A stretch of 58,180 nucleotides of DNA from Promethearchaeota archaeon (lineage in GTDB: Archaea > Asgardarchaeota > Lokiarchaeia > Sigyniarchaeales > SOKP01): the NCBI GenBank assembly GCA_011364925.1, contig RDOA01000019.1:1-58180 (forward strand). Reading direction: 5' to 3'. The notes under the pieces are model-generated. The model did no database searches. It was not told the origin of the DNA and saw only the letters and a program-made list of their open reading frames with translations. How positions within the stretch are numbered: the stretch's first letter is position 1; every line of letters starts with the position of its first letter. The translations under genes were made by a program, and so were the position numbers. Below, in pieces: positions 27,132 to 37,394 of the stretch.

Positions 27132-28130
27132 TTAGATGAATTTATAAGATTCTTTCAGCAACTCGTGATTGATTTCTCCCACGGTTATACTATTTCCTGT
27201 TTTTACATTTGTCACTGTATATACTGCTGGCGCAAACAAACCCGGATCAATCGCATAAAAATCATAATTTGCGGCTTTAAATGTTTCGATAAAAGGTTTT
27301 CCATAGCTAAACGAAGTATTTGCAGGAGCTTTTTTTAGAAGCTCAAATATTTCATCTTGGTTTTCTTTTTCAACCTCAATGGTGTAATAGGTCATACCTG
27401 CAGCGCTAATTGAATCATTAGTGCGACCCATTGCACCCAAATCATCTTTAGCAATAGGAGCTACAGTAGCAATACCAAACCCATCTCTAATTACGTCTAT
27501 TGGAAATTTAATTTCGTGTAATTTATGAATCCCGGTTTCAACAATTCGCGCGGCAACTTGGATAGAACCCGTTAAACAAGCAGTCGGTGCAAAAAGAGCA
27601 TATGTCTTATTTGGTCCTACTCCGCATTTATCAGCTACTAATGTCATAACTTCCTCATTTGGCAAGGTAGCAGTCTCAAAAACAATAACAGCACAATCAG
27701 AATCATCATTGTAGTCCAATTCCTTAAATAATTTTTCAACTCTACTTTTTGCTCTCGCTGGACCTGAACCTAAGGACTCAAACACTTTCTTTTTTTTTAT
27801 AACACCATCCTTTTCTATTTCCTTTTTTAGTTTCACATTCCAACCAGCGAGTTGAGAAGCCATACAAGATATAATTGGATGGGAAGTATAAACGCTGACA
27901 CTTGGTAAAAAATTGCCCTCCAAGTTATAGGAGGTTAGTTCAACGGTTCCCAGACCTCCCATACAGATTTCACTAACGAGTTTTCCACCATTCCACGATG
28001 CGTTAGTCATATCTAAGACTGTTGCCCCATTATCGTGTTTAATAACTTTAGCTTTAAAATATTCGCTCCTATCTATTACTTTCTGGACAAGTTTAACTGT
28101 TAATTCATTTATTTTTATATGGTGTGTCAT
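27132..28130 (-). CDS. mch: Methenyltetrahydromethanopterin cyclohydrolase
   Basis: EICMGGLG, CMASQLAGW, GSGPARA, APTA...GSIQVAARIVETG.HKL, AMGRTND, DFY.IDPGLFAPA. Confidence 0.95.
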   Translation of the reverse strand: MTHHIKINELTVKLVQKVIDRSEYFKAKVIKHDNGATVLDMTNASWNGGKLVSEICMGGLGTVELTSYNLEGNFLPSVSVYTSHPIISCMASQLAGWNVKLKKEIEKDGVIKKKKVFESLGSGPARAKSRVEKLFKELDYNDDSDCAVIVFETATLPNEEVMTLVADKCGVGPNKTYALFAPTACLTGSIQVAARIVETGIHKLHEIKFPIDVIRDGFGIATVAPIAKDDLGAMGRTNDSISAAGMTYYTIEVEKENQDEIFELLKKAPANTSFSYGKPFIETFKAANYDFYAIDPGLFAPAVYTVTNVKTGNSITVGEINHELLKESYKFI

Positions 28131-28221
28131 AATTTTATTGTGTTTTTTTTAATTGAGTATTTAATATTAAATTCTTACTTTATTATATTTATATAAGTTT
28201 ATATTAAAATTTTTAAAAAAA

Positions 28222-29739
28222 ATGAGCACCCCAATCAATAGCCTAAGACTTTTAATTTCTGATTTAAATGAAACTAAAAAGTGGTTTTTAAATAAATTAC
28301 AGGGAAATGGCACCTTAGTTCATATTTACACTCATCTGGATGCTGATGGCTTGTCATCTGGTGCAATTTTAGGAAAAGCGTTCTATCGAGAAAACATTCC
28401 ATTTCAGATTTCTGTGTTAAGACAGTTAGAACGGGAAGAAATCTTAAAAATAGCAAACTATTATGAAGAAACAAAATGTCTCATGCTTTTTACTGATTTT
28501 GGGAGTGGTCAATATATAGAATTAATCGAAAAATTGAAATCTTTAAAAGAAGTTCCTTCTTTTATCGTTCTTGATCACCATTTGCCCCAAAAAATACCAG
28601 ATAAGAACGATATCAAACTTAAGGAAATATATAATAACTCCCGACCTTGGCATATTAATCCTTATTTTTATAATATTGATGGGAGCACTGAAATCTCAGG
28701 GGCAGGAATATGTTATTTTTTTGCTAAGGTTTTAAACGAACGAAACAAGGATTTATCTCCTATTGCTCTTGTAGGCGCCACTGGCGACATACAAAGCCAG
28801 GGACCTAACAACTCTTTTACCGGTTTAAACACCATTATTCTAGAGCATGCAATTGAGAACGATTTAATTGAAGTAATAAATGATTTGAATTTTTCACCGA
28901 TTAAACCTTTAAACGAAGCTATTTCGTATTCAAGTGAAATTAATTTGCCAGGATTAAGTGATAACACGAGCAAAATGTTAAAATTTTTACAATCTTTAGG
29001 AATATTGATGGAAAATTCAGATGGAAGCATAAAGACTTTAAATGATTTAAATCAAGATGAAAAACAAAAGGTTTCTGCAGGTATTATCGAATACATTTCT
29101 CTTAAACTTGACACTGAACCTTCAGAAATTATAAATAAACTTATAGTTAAGAGATATATTTTAAAAAATGAAGTAGTTGGATCCGAATTACACGATCTAA
29201 ACGAGTTTTCATATCTTTTAAACTCTTGTGGAAGGAGTGATAATGGGTCATTAGGGATTGCAATAGCAATGGGAGATAGGAGAATTGCTTACGATAAAGC
29301 TAAAGATCAATTAATCAACTACAAAAAATTATTAGTGCAATCGTTAACATGGTTACAGGAAGAAAATAAAATCCAATACAAAGACTACATACAATTCTTT
29401 TTTGGGGAAGACGTCATTCCAGAAAATATAATTGGAACGATTGCTTCAATGCTAATTTTCAGCAAAAGTGGAGAGATTGACCTGTCAAAACCTGTTTTTG
29501 GTTGCGCACGAAGGAAAGAGGAGGAGGTTTATAAGATATCTGGGAGAGCCCATCAAACTATTGTTGAAAACGGGGTAAATCTTTCAGAAGCTATTAGGGA
29601 AGCGTTAGAACTATCGAATCTTAAAGCTTTAGGTGGTGGACACCCTCCTGCAGCTGGAACAAAAGTTCCTGTCGATAAAATTGATCTTTTCTTAGAAAAT
29701 TGTAATACAGTAATTAAGAAGCAACTAAAAATAGATTGA
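28222..29739 (+). CDS. Archaeal RecJ/Cdc45-like DHH phosphoesterase
   Basis: HLDADGL, TDFGSG, LDHH, GATGD, LNSCGR, and DHHA1 motif GGGHPPAAG. Confidence 0.9.
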   Translation: MSTPINSLRLLISDLNETKKWFLNKLQGNGTLVHIYTHLDADGLSSGAILGKAFYRENIPFQISVLRQLEREEILKIANYYEETKCLMLFTDFGSGQYIELIEKLKSLKEVPSFIVLDHHLPQKIPDKNDIKLKEIYNNSRPWHINPYFYNIDGSTEISGAGICYFFAKVLNERNKDLSPIALVGATGDIQSQGPNNSFTGLNTIILEHAIENDLIEVINDLNFSPIKPLNEAISYSSEINLPGLSDNTSKMLKFLQSLGILMENSDGSIKTLNDLNQDEKQKVSAGIIEYISLKLDTEPSEIINKLIVKRYILKNEVVGSELHDLNEFSYLLNSCGRSDNGSLGIAIAMGDRRIAYDKAKDQLINYKKLLVQSLTWLQEENKIQYKDYIQFFFGEDVIPENIIGTIASMLIFSKSGEIDLSKPVFGCARRKEEEVYKISGRAHQTIVENGVNLSEAIREALELSNLKALGGGHPPAAGTKVPVDKIDLFLENCNTVIKKQLKID

Positions 29740-29762
29740 AGTGTTGAAATTGCCTTATTCAA

Positions 29763-31067
29763 TTAAATTTTATAAGTTTCTCCTGCCTCCGGTGCAACAG
29801 AATTAAAGTCTCTTTTAGTTAAGTCGTGAGCGAACGAAGTTGTTGACTTATCGTCACCATGCACACAAAATATTAATTTATCATCCTCACGAAACACCAA
29901 ATCGTCAATATATTCGTTTAGATGTTTTTTATCTGCATGACTAGAAAAATCATAGTAATCTACATTGCACTTAGCCTTAATAAACAGATTATAGGATTGA
30001 TTTCCTCTCTTTTTCTCCTCTTTGAACTCAAAAATCTTCTCATCAACTAACTTTCTCCCAGGAGTTCCTTCAACTTGATACCCAACCAAAAATACAGCAG
30101 AAGTAGGATCGTTTAGTAAACTAGGAATGTATTCAATAGCTGCTCCTCCTTTTAACATACCAGAAGGAGAGATAATTAATCCTTTTGTACCTTTTTTCAG
30201 CTTTTTTCTCCACTCTTTCGAGACTAACCTAGCTTTTTTCATAGCGGATTTATATCTTGTAAAATCTTTGAACGACGCTGGAAATTGGGAATATTCAGTT
30301 AATATCTTTCGAGCTAATCCATCGATAAATATATCATTTCTAACCCCGTACTTTTCTAACATTAAAAGTATTTCTTGTGATCGCGCAACGCCAAAAGCGG
30401 GAATGAGAACATTTCCACCGTTTTCAAGAATATTTAAAGTGTCGTTAATAAATGTCTTTTCAAGTTCTAATCTAATTGGATGATCTCTTGAAGAGTAAGT
30501 AGATTCTATAATTAATACATCAATATCAGGGATTTCTTTTGGTTGAGCTGAAGAGACTAAGTTCGTTTCTTGTGTATTAATATCTCCGGTATAAAGAATC
30601 CTCTTATTGTCTACTTCTACTAATATAGATACACTCCCAGGTATATGCCCAGCATTATAGAAGGTTATAAAAAAGTTGTCATCTATTTTCTGACGTACTT
30701 TATTATGTAAGAATACCGCATTTTCCCTTGTATTTCGTAGTTCTCTGTATCCAAAAGGATAAGGATAACTAGAAATTCTTATCATATCCTCTAGCAAAAT
30801 TTCCGATATCCGTAATGTTAATGGATTAGTATACAATGGAAGATTGTTTTTCTTAAATAATAACGGTAATCCTCCCGAATGATCTATGTGGCAATGAGAT
30901 AACGCAACAGCTTTAATATTATCAATATCTCCATTTGAAGGTAGTCTTTCCTCATTTGTAAATCTAACACCATAATCTAGAATGCATTGTGCTCCACCTT
31001 TCGACTCAATTAGAATAGATGAACGTCCTACTTCTCTACAACCGCCGAGGAATTTTATTATGGGCAT
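29763..31067 (-). CDS. Beta-CASP metallo-beta-lactamase ribonuclease (aCPSF2-like, no KH domains)
   Basis: GGCREVGRS, SHCHIDHSG, AGHIPGS, YTGD, ESTY, GYQ..GTPGR, FSSHAD, VHGD. Confidence 0.9.
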   Translation of the reverse strand: MPIIKFLGGCREVGRSSILIESKGGAQCILDYGVRFTNEERLPSNGDIDNIKAVALSHCHIDHSGGLPLLFKKNNLPLYTNPLTLRISEILLEDMIRISSYPYPFGYRELRNTRENAVFLHNKVRQKIDDNFFITFYNAGHIPGSVSILVEVDNKRILYTGDINTQETNLVSSAQPKEIPDIDVLIIESTYSSRDHPIRLELEKTFINDTLNILENGGNVLIPAFGVARSQEILLMLEKYGVRNDIFIDGLARKILTEYSQFPASFKDFTRYKSAMKKARLVSKEWRKKLKKGTKGLIISPSGMLKGGAAIEYIPSLLNDPTSAVFLVGYQVEGTPGRKLVDEKIFEFKEEKKRGNQSYNLFIKAKCNVDYYDFSSHADKKHLNEYIDDLVFREDDKLIFCVHGDDKSTTSFAHDLTKRDFNSVAPEAGETYKI

Positions 31068-31166
31068 AAAAAACTTTTTTTAAAATATAAAAAAATAGAA
31101 TAGCTTAAGTTAGGATAAATCTTCAGAAAATTTCAATCTTATGATTAGGAATAAAAAAAGAAAATG

Positions 31167-31925
31167 TCATTTTATTTTCTTTATCGTATTTGTCAATAAA
31201 GCAATAACATTATTAACATTCTTTCCAAAAATTTCTAAAATCTCTTCCCATGTGACTGGAGCTTCATCATCTTTCCAGCAGTCATAATCCGTGGACATAG
31301 CTACAGCAGCATATGGAATACCCGCTTCATTTGCTAGAATTGTTTCAGGAGCTATACTCATGTTAATTACATCAGCCCCCCAGATTCGAAACATTTCGGA
31401 TTCCGCTCTCGTTGAAAACCTCGGTCCTTCGATCGTAACGACAGTTCCTTTCTCGTGGAATTTAAGATTGAGTTCCATTGCTGTGTCAATAAGAAGTTTC
31501 CTTAATTCTTCCGAATAGGGGTAAGCCATTGCAGTGTGTTTTGCATCGCCAGGAGGGAATTCATCAAAGAAACTTACTTTTCTAAGGCGCGTAAAATCAA
31601 TAAACTGATCAAGTATGACGAAATCGCCTCGTCCAATCTCTTCTCTCAAACTACCGCAAGCCGTTGTAGCTAAGATGTGAGTACATCCTTGTGTTTTTAA
31701 TGCATGTATGTTTGCTCTGTAGTTAACATGCGTTGGAGGAATGGTGTGGTTTTGCCCGTGTCTAGCTATAAGAACAACCTCAACATCGTGTATTTTCCCT
31801 AATTTTAGAGGTGAAGTTGGTTTTCCATAGGGTGTACTTATTTCTATTTCTTTAACATCCTTTAAAATATCTGGATTATCTAGTCCCGAACCTCCTATTA
31901 TTCCGATTTTAACCATCTTACTCAC
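31167..31925 (-). CDS. mtnP: S-methyl-5'-thioadenosine phosphorylase (eukaryote-like copy)
   Basis: IGIIGGSG, RHG..H, ACGSL, EGPRFSTRAES, TDYDCW. Confidence 0.92.
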   Translation of the reverse strand: MSKMVKIGIIGGSGLDNPDILKDVKEIEISTPYGKPTSPLKLGKIHDVEVVLIARHGQNHTIPPTHVNYRANIHALKTQGCTHILATTACGSLREEIGRGDFVILDQFIDFTRLRKVSFFDEFPPGDAKHTAMAYPYSEELRKLLIDTAMELNLKFHEKGTVVTIEGPRFSTRAESEMFRIWGADVINMSIAPETILANEAGIPYAAVAMSTDYDCWKDDEAPVTWEEILEIFGKNVNNVIALLTNTIKKIK

Positions 31926-32022
31926 TATGTTTAGTTTCTAAAATAGATTTTTTATAATATTTAAAATTGCTCAAATTTTATTTTATTTTGTTTTAATAAA
32001 ATTAAAATGATGTGAATTTAAT

Positions 32023-32886
32023 TTGACAGAAAGAAAACACATAATTGATCTGGCAATTATTGGAGGTACCGGTTCTGATATCACTTTAGAAAATGTAGAA
32101 GAAGTAAAAATCTATACTCCTTATGGCCAAACCTCAGCAACGATAACAATAGGGAAATTTAAGGGGAAGAATGTTGCTTTCATTCCTCGCCACGGTATAA
32201 ATCATTCAATTCCACCTCATAATATAAATTTCCGTGCAAATATTTGGGCTTTAAAAAAGTTGGGTGTGAAATTCATTATATCCCCATCAGCTGTTGGTTC
32301 TTTAAGAAAAACGCATAATAAAGGAAAATTCATATTAGTAGATCAATACATTGATAGAACTAAACGAAGAACTGAAACTTTTTATGAAGGCGGTCAATTG
32401 TGTCATATTGGACAAGCTGATCCTTACTGTGAATATTTAAACGATCTTTTTTTTGAAACTGGGGAATCCTTGAATTTGAATATACAAAAAGGTGGAGTAT
32501 ACATTTGTATTGAAGGTCCAAGGTTTTCAACGAGAGCGGAATCAAAGATGTTTCGCCAATGGGAAGGGGATATCGTAGGAATGACAAATTATCCAGAGGT
32601 TGTTCTCGCAGCAGAAAAAGAAATTTGCTACTGTTGTATTGCGATGGTAACAGATTTGGATGTATGGGCAGGTGAATGTTCAAAATGCGGAATTGTTGAA
32701 TATGCTCAAAAATGCGAATATTGTGGGGGTAAAATAGAAAAGAGATTTGTAAACGTACCAGAAGTTTTAGAAACTATGGCCCAAAATTCCGAGAATTTAA
32801 AGATGTTGCTTGAAACAGCTATTGGAAAAATAGATGTAGAAAGAGATTGCACTTGTCACCATTCTCTTACAAATGCATTAATTTAA
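32023..32886 (+). CDS. mtnP: Second MTA phosphorylase paralogue with a zinc-ribbon insertion
   Basis: IIGGTG, PRHG..H, AVGSL, EGPRFSTRAES, TDLD; inserted CSKC...CEYC; C-terminal CTC. Confidence 0.85.
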   Translation: MTERKHIIDLAIIGGTGSDITLENVEEVKIYTPYGQTSATITIGKFKGKNVAFIPRHGINHSIPPHNINFRANIWALKKLGVKFIISPSAVGSLRKTHNKGKFILVDQYIDRTKRRTETFYEGGQLCHIGQADPYCEYLNDLFFETGESLNLNIQKGGVYICIEGPRFSTRAESKMFRQWEGDIVGMTNYPEVVLAAEKEICYCCIAMVTDLDVWAGECSKCGIVEYAQKCEYCGGKIEKRFVNVPEVLETMAQNSENLKMLLETAIGKIDVERDCTCHHSLTNALI

Positions 32887-32911
32887 TTTAATTTTTTTTA
32901 ATCTATATCTT

Positions 32912-34348
32912 TTATTCTTTTAATATCGGATTCCTTGCTGCATTAACAGCGTCTAATCTTCCAACGGGAGTATTCAGTGGTGCACTTTTTAAACGATCTG
33001 GCTCATTAAATGCTTCATCATAAATTTTATACATGGCTTCAATAAAGTTATCTAAAGATTTTTTCGACTCAGTTTCAGTTGGTTCCACCATCATTGCTCC
33101 ATTTACAATTAAAGGGAAATAAATTGTTGGAGCGTAATAACCATAATCCAGTATCCTTTTTGCAATATCTTCAGTTGTAACCTCATTTGGCAGATTTTTA
33201 TCCGTTAAAACAAATTCATGCTTACAAATTCGATCGTAAGGGAGATAATATTTTTTTTGGAGTTGAATCCTAAGATAATTTGCATTTAATACCGCTATTT
33301 GACCAACTCTCTTCAATCCTTCAGCACCTAATGAAAGGATATAGACATATGCACGCACGATTATCCCAAAGTTTCCCCAAAAGGCTTTTATTCTCCCAAT
33401 TGAATGATCGCGGTCTTGAGTACAAACGAGACCTTCATCAGTTGTAATAATACAAGGTGTGGGGAGAAATGGTATTAACTCTTTTATGACTCCTACTGGT
33501 CCTGAGCCGGGTCCTCCTCCTCCGTGAGGTGTTGAAAATGTCTTATGCAAATTTAAATGAACTATATCAAAACCCATATCTCTCGGACGACAGATTCCTA
33601 ACATAGGATTTAAATTAGCTCCATCATAATAGCACAATCCACCGTGTTTATGTACAATTTTGGTTATCTTAAGTATCTCCCTATCAAACACTCCTAATGT
33701 GTTGGGATTAGTAAGCATAATTCCCGCAACATCTCCTTGTTGCATTGCAAATTCAAGGTGGTCTAACGGAACTTCACCGTTCTGATTTGATTGCAGCTCA
33801 ATAATTGAAAATCCAGCCATTTTAGCTGATGCAGGATTAGTTCCATGAGCAGAGTCAGGGACGATAATTTTGTTCTTTTTTACTCCTTTCATCTCAAAAT
33901 ACTTTTTTATTATTAATAATCCTACTAATTCACCATGAGCACCAGCTGCTGGTTGTAGCGTAAAACCATCCATTCCAGTTATTTCAGCCAATAATACTGA
34001 AATTGCGTTTATAAGTTGGAGAGTGCCCTCATTTTCCTCTTGTAATGGATGGATTTGTGAGAATTCGGCTAATCTAGCAACATATTCATTAATTTTGGGG
34101 TTGTATTTCATTGTACAGGAACCCAGAGGATAGATTCCTGAATCAACCCCGTAATTCATTCTGCTTAGTTTAATATAATGGCGGACGATCTCAACTTCAG
34201 AAACATCTGGAATTGGAATATCATCCCGTAGCAAATTCCTTGGTATAATGTTTTCGAGTTTCTCGATTTCGATATCTAATTTTGGAATAAAGTTAGTATG
34301 AGTACTATTATTTCCTTTTTGGAAAATCAACAATTCTTTCTCATCCAT
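32912..34348 (-). CDS. gcvPB: Glycine dehydrogenase (decarboxylating) subunit 2
   Basis: YPLGSCTMKYNP, QPAAGAHGE, SAHGTNPAS, HLNLHKTF..PHGGGGPG (PLP Lys); start overlaps the gcvPA stop (TAATG). Confidence 0.95.
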   Translation of the reverse strand: MDEKELLIFQKGNNSTHTNFIPKLDIEIEKLENIIPRNLLRDDIPIPDVSEVEIVRHYIKLSRMNYGVDSGIYPLGSCTMKYNPKINEYVARLAEFSQIHPLQEENEGTLQLINAISVLLAEITGMDGFTLQPAAGAHGELVGLLIIKKYFEMKGVKKNKIIVPDSAHGTNPASAKMAGFSIIELQSNQNGEVPLDHLEFAMQQGDVAGIMLTNPNTLGVFDREILKITKIVHKHGGLCYYDGANLNPMLGICRPRDMGFDIVHLNLHKTFSTPHGGGGPGSGPVGVIKELIPFLPTPCIITTDEGLVCTQDRDHSIGRIKAFWGNFGIIVRAYVYILSLGAEGLKRVGQIAVLNANYLRIQLQKKYYLPYDRICKHEFVLTDKNLPNEVTTEDIAKRILDYGYYAPTIYFPLIVNGAMMVEPTETESKKSLDNFIEAMYKIYDEAFNEPDRLKSAPLNTPVGRLDAVNAARNPILKE

Positions 34349-35688
34349 TACGCAGTCCCCTCTGTATTATTGTTTGCTAACTCTAAGGCGTTAAATAGCT
34401 TTTCAATAGATTCCTTTGTATTCGATTCAGTTACGCAGATTAGAACAACATTTTTCATATGGGGATAATACTTTGAAAGTTGGAGCGGGGGAAGTAAGTC
34501 TTGTTTCTTGCATTCTCGAATTAGAGTACTAACATTAGGACATTTAACCATAAATTCATTGTATGTAGGTTTTGTGTTTAAAATTTCATAACCTGGAATC
34601 TTTTTCAGTTTATTCTTCACGAATTGAGATTTTTGTACGTTTTGAGTAGCGATTTCTCGCAAACCTGTTTTTCCAAGTGAAACAAGATAAATCAGCGCAG
34701 ATAATGAACACAAAGCTTGATTCGTACAAATGTTGGAACTGGCTTTCTCTCTTCGAATATGTTGTTCTCGTGCTTGTAAAGTCAGTAAAAAACCATTAAG
34801 CGTTCCGTTAATTTCCTTTGTTTTACCTACTAATCTTCCAGGAATTTTTCTTAGAAATTTTTCCTTCGCTGTAAAAATTCCTAATCCTGGTCCTCCAAAT
34901 GAAGGGTTAATCCCAAAGGATTGTCCTTCTGCCACAAATATATCAATATCTGTTTCACCCGGGGGCTTTAAGATACCTAAACAAGTAGGATCTGTCATAA
35001 CTTGGACAATTAAACAATTTGGATTTTTTTTTCTAATAAGATTCACTATTTTTGATGTATCTTCAATATCACCAAAAAAACTTGGATTTTGGAATAAAAC
35101 AGCGGCAATTTCTTGATTTAATTCATCATCTAACTTTTCCAAAGATATTATTTTATGCTTTATATCTTGACCCCAACAATAAGTTTTAACGACTTCAATG
35201 TATTCAGGGTGTATTCCTTCTATTAAGATTATTTGATTTTTACGTGTTATAGCGGAGGCCATTATAGCAGCTTCTGCAAGGGCTGTTGAACCATCGTACA
35301 TGCTTGCATTGGCGACATCCATTTTCGTAAGTCTAGAGATAACGCTCTGATACTCAAAAATTGCTTGTAAATAACCTTGACTAGCTTCTGCTTGATATGG
35401 AGTATAGGAAGTATAAAACTCTGACCGACTAACTACGAAGTCTACTAAAGTAGGAATGTAATGAAAATAGCATCCAGCTCCTAGAAAGGAATTAGAATAA
35501 ACTGCATTTTTTTTTCCAAGCTTTTTCAATTTCATCAAAACATCTGGTTCTGACAAACCCTCTGGAAGATTTAATCCGTTGATGAGTATATCCTTAGGAA
35601 TATCATCAAACAAATCTTCTATTTTATCAACACCTATTACTTTAAGCATTTCAGCAATAGTATCATCGTCGTGAGAAACAAAATCCAT
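34348..35688 (-). CDS. gcvPA: Glycine dehydrogenase (decarboxylating) subunit 1
   Basis: FLGAG.Y.H, YTPYQAEASQG, NASMYDG, LQAREQHIRREKA.SNICTNQ. Start taken at MDFVSH; the track start is 35709. Confidence 0.95.
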   Translation of the reverse strand: MDFVSHDDDTIAEMLKVIGVDKIEDLFDDIPKDILINGLNLPEGLSEPDVLMKLKKLGKKNAVYSNSFLGAGCYFHYIPTLVDFVVSRSEFYTSYTPYQAEASQGYLQAIFEYQSVISRLTKMDVANASMYDGSTALAEAAIMASAITRKNQIILIEGIHPEYIEVVKTYCWGQDIKHKIISLEKLDDELNQEIAAVLFQNPSFFGDIEDTSKIVNLIRKKNPNCLIVQVMTDPTCLGILKPPGETDIDIFVAEGQSFGINPSFGGPGLGIFTAKEKFLRKIPGRLVGKTKEINGTLNGFLLTLQAREQHIRREKASSNICTNQALCSLSALIYLVSLGKTGLREIATQNVQKSQFVKNKLKKIPGYEILNTKPTYNEFMVKCPNVSTLIRECKKQDLLPPLQLSKYYPHMKNVVLICVTESNTKESIEKLFNALELANNNTEGTA

Positions 35689-35746
35689 ATTTAACCACTC
35701 ATACTTCAAAAATATAAGGAATAAAATTAAAATAATGAATAAAAGT

Positions 35747-36151
35747 TTATTTTTTCTCTGCGTTTACAACTTCTTTATAGGCTTCTACTGATAAAAGGTC
35801 GTTAAGTTCGCTTTTATCAGAAATTTCTATCTTTATCATCCAACCCGAACCATAGGGGGATGAATTTACCAATTCAGGTTTATCAGCCAGAATATTGTTG
35901 ATTTCTATAATCTTTCCGGTTAATGGCATCATTAATTCACCAACCGCTTTTACAGATTCGATTTCAGCAACGCTACTTCCTTTATTCAGCGTTGTGTTTA
36001 CCTCCGGTAATTCTACATATACAATATCACCTAATTGATGTTGAGCATAATCTGTTATTCCAACACTAGCAACATTGCCTTCTATTCGAACCCATTCGTG
36101 CGTCTGGAGATATTTAAGTTCACTAGGGAATCTATATTCCATTATGTTCAC
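35747..36151 (-). CDS. gcvH: Glycine cleavage system H protein
   Basis: HEW, GITDYAQ..LGDIVYVELP, lipoyl-Lys motif ESVKAV, PY..GW. Confidence 0.95.
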   Translation of the reverse strand: MNIMEYRFPSELKYLQTHEWVRIEGNVASVGITDYAQHQLGDIVYVELPEVNTTLNKGSSVAEIESVKAVGELMMPLTGKIIEINNILADKPELVNSSPYGSGWMIKIEISDKSELNDLLSVEAYKEVVNAEKK

Positions 36152-36174
36152 AACTAATTTTAATTTTTTTTCAT

Positions 36175-37263
36175 TTAGACATTACGGTAAAATGGTGTAG
36201 GTACGACTATACCTCTAAGAGACTTATTTCGAACTTCTATTTCAAGCTGAGTTCCTTCTTCCTTGAATTGTTTCTTAATTAAGCCTAAGCCAATTGTTTT
36301 TTTAAGAGTTGGTGAGTAGCCACCTGAAGTTATATATCCTATTTCTTCACCATCCTTAAAAATTTTAAAGTTTTCTCTAAGGATACCCCTATCCAATAGG
36401 TTTAAGCCAACTATAACTCGATCGGTTCCTTGAGATTTCTGTTTTATCAATATTTTCTTCCCAATATAGTCAATGCCTTCCTTAGGTTTAACAAGCCAAA
36501 ACAAGCCTGCTTCTACAGGAGTTATAGAATCATTTATTTCATGACCATATAATGAGTAAGTTGCTTCTAATCTCAAGGAATCCCGTGCGCCCAAGCCTGC
36601 TGGGGATGCACCTAAATTAATTAACGCCCCCCACACATTTTTAGCGTGGATGTTGTCAAACGAAATTTCAAATCCTCGTTCACCTGTATATCCAGTTCTT
36701 GCTAAAAAAATGGGTATGCCGCTTAAATTACAGTGAGCAAAAAAAAACCTATTTATAGAAGCTAGATCGACATCAACCAAAGACTGAAGATATTCATCCG
36801 ATTTTGGTCCTTGAAACGCTAAACGACATCTTTCTTTCGATAAATTTGTAATTTTGACATTTTTAGTGCCAATATGCTCGGTTAACCACTGAAAGTCTTT
36901 TTCTATATTCCCTGCGTTAACGATCATTCTAAATCGATCTGGGGCCTCTTCATAATAGACCAGATCGTCAACTACCGTCCCGTTTTCGTAACACATGCAA
37001 GAATATTGTCCTTTTGAAGGTTCAAGCAAATTTAAATCATTAATCATAATGTATTGAAGAAAATCAATTACATCCTTGCCTTCTAGTAAAAATTCTCCCA
37101 TGTGAGAAACATCAAATACACCAGCATTGGTGCGTACTGCTTCATGTTCTTTTATAATGCTCTCATACTGAACTGGCATACTGAATCCCGCAAAATCAAC
37201 CATTTTTGCGCCTAATTTCACATGGATATCGTAAAGAGGAGTTTTTTTTAAGTCTGTAATCAA
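36175..37263 (-). CDS. gcvT: Glycine cleavage system aminomethyltransferase T
   Basis: KTPLY, FDVSHMGE, RTGYTGE.GFE, GLGARDSLRLEA, PF at the C-terminus. Confidence 0.95.
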   Translation of the reverse strand: MITDLKKTPLYDIHVKLGAKMVDFAGFSMPVQYESIIKEHEAVRTNAGVFDVSHMGEFLLEGKDVIDFLQYIMINDLNLLEPSKGQYSCMCYENGTVVDDLVYYEEAPDRFRMIVNAGNIEKDFQWLTEHIGTKNVKITNLSKERCRLAFQGPKSDEYLQSLVDVDLASINRFFFAHCNLSGIPIFLARTGYTGERGFEISFDNIHAKNVWGALINLGASPAGLGARDSLRLEATYSLYGHEINDSITPVEAGLFWLVKPKEGIDYIGKKILIKQKSQGTDRVIVGLNLLDRGILRENFKIFKDGEEIGYITSGGYSPTLKKTIGLGLIKKQFKEEGTQLEIEVRNKSLRGIVVPTPFYRNV

Positions 37264-37394
37264 ATCTACACCTAGTAATGTGTTTATTTTAATATTGTGA
37301 GTACAAAAGACAGAGAATTATTTAAGTTTTCAGACTAAAAAAAAAGAGAGCCTAGGGGAAAAAAATGGGTGAATATGTCAAAGTTTAATTTGGA

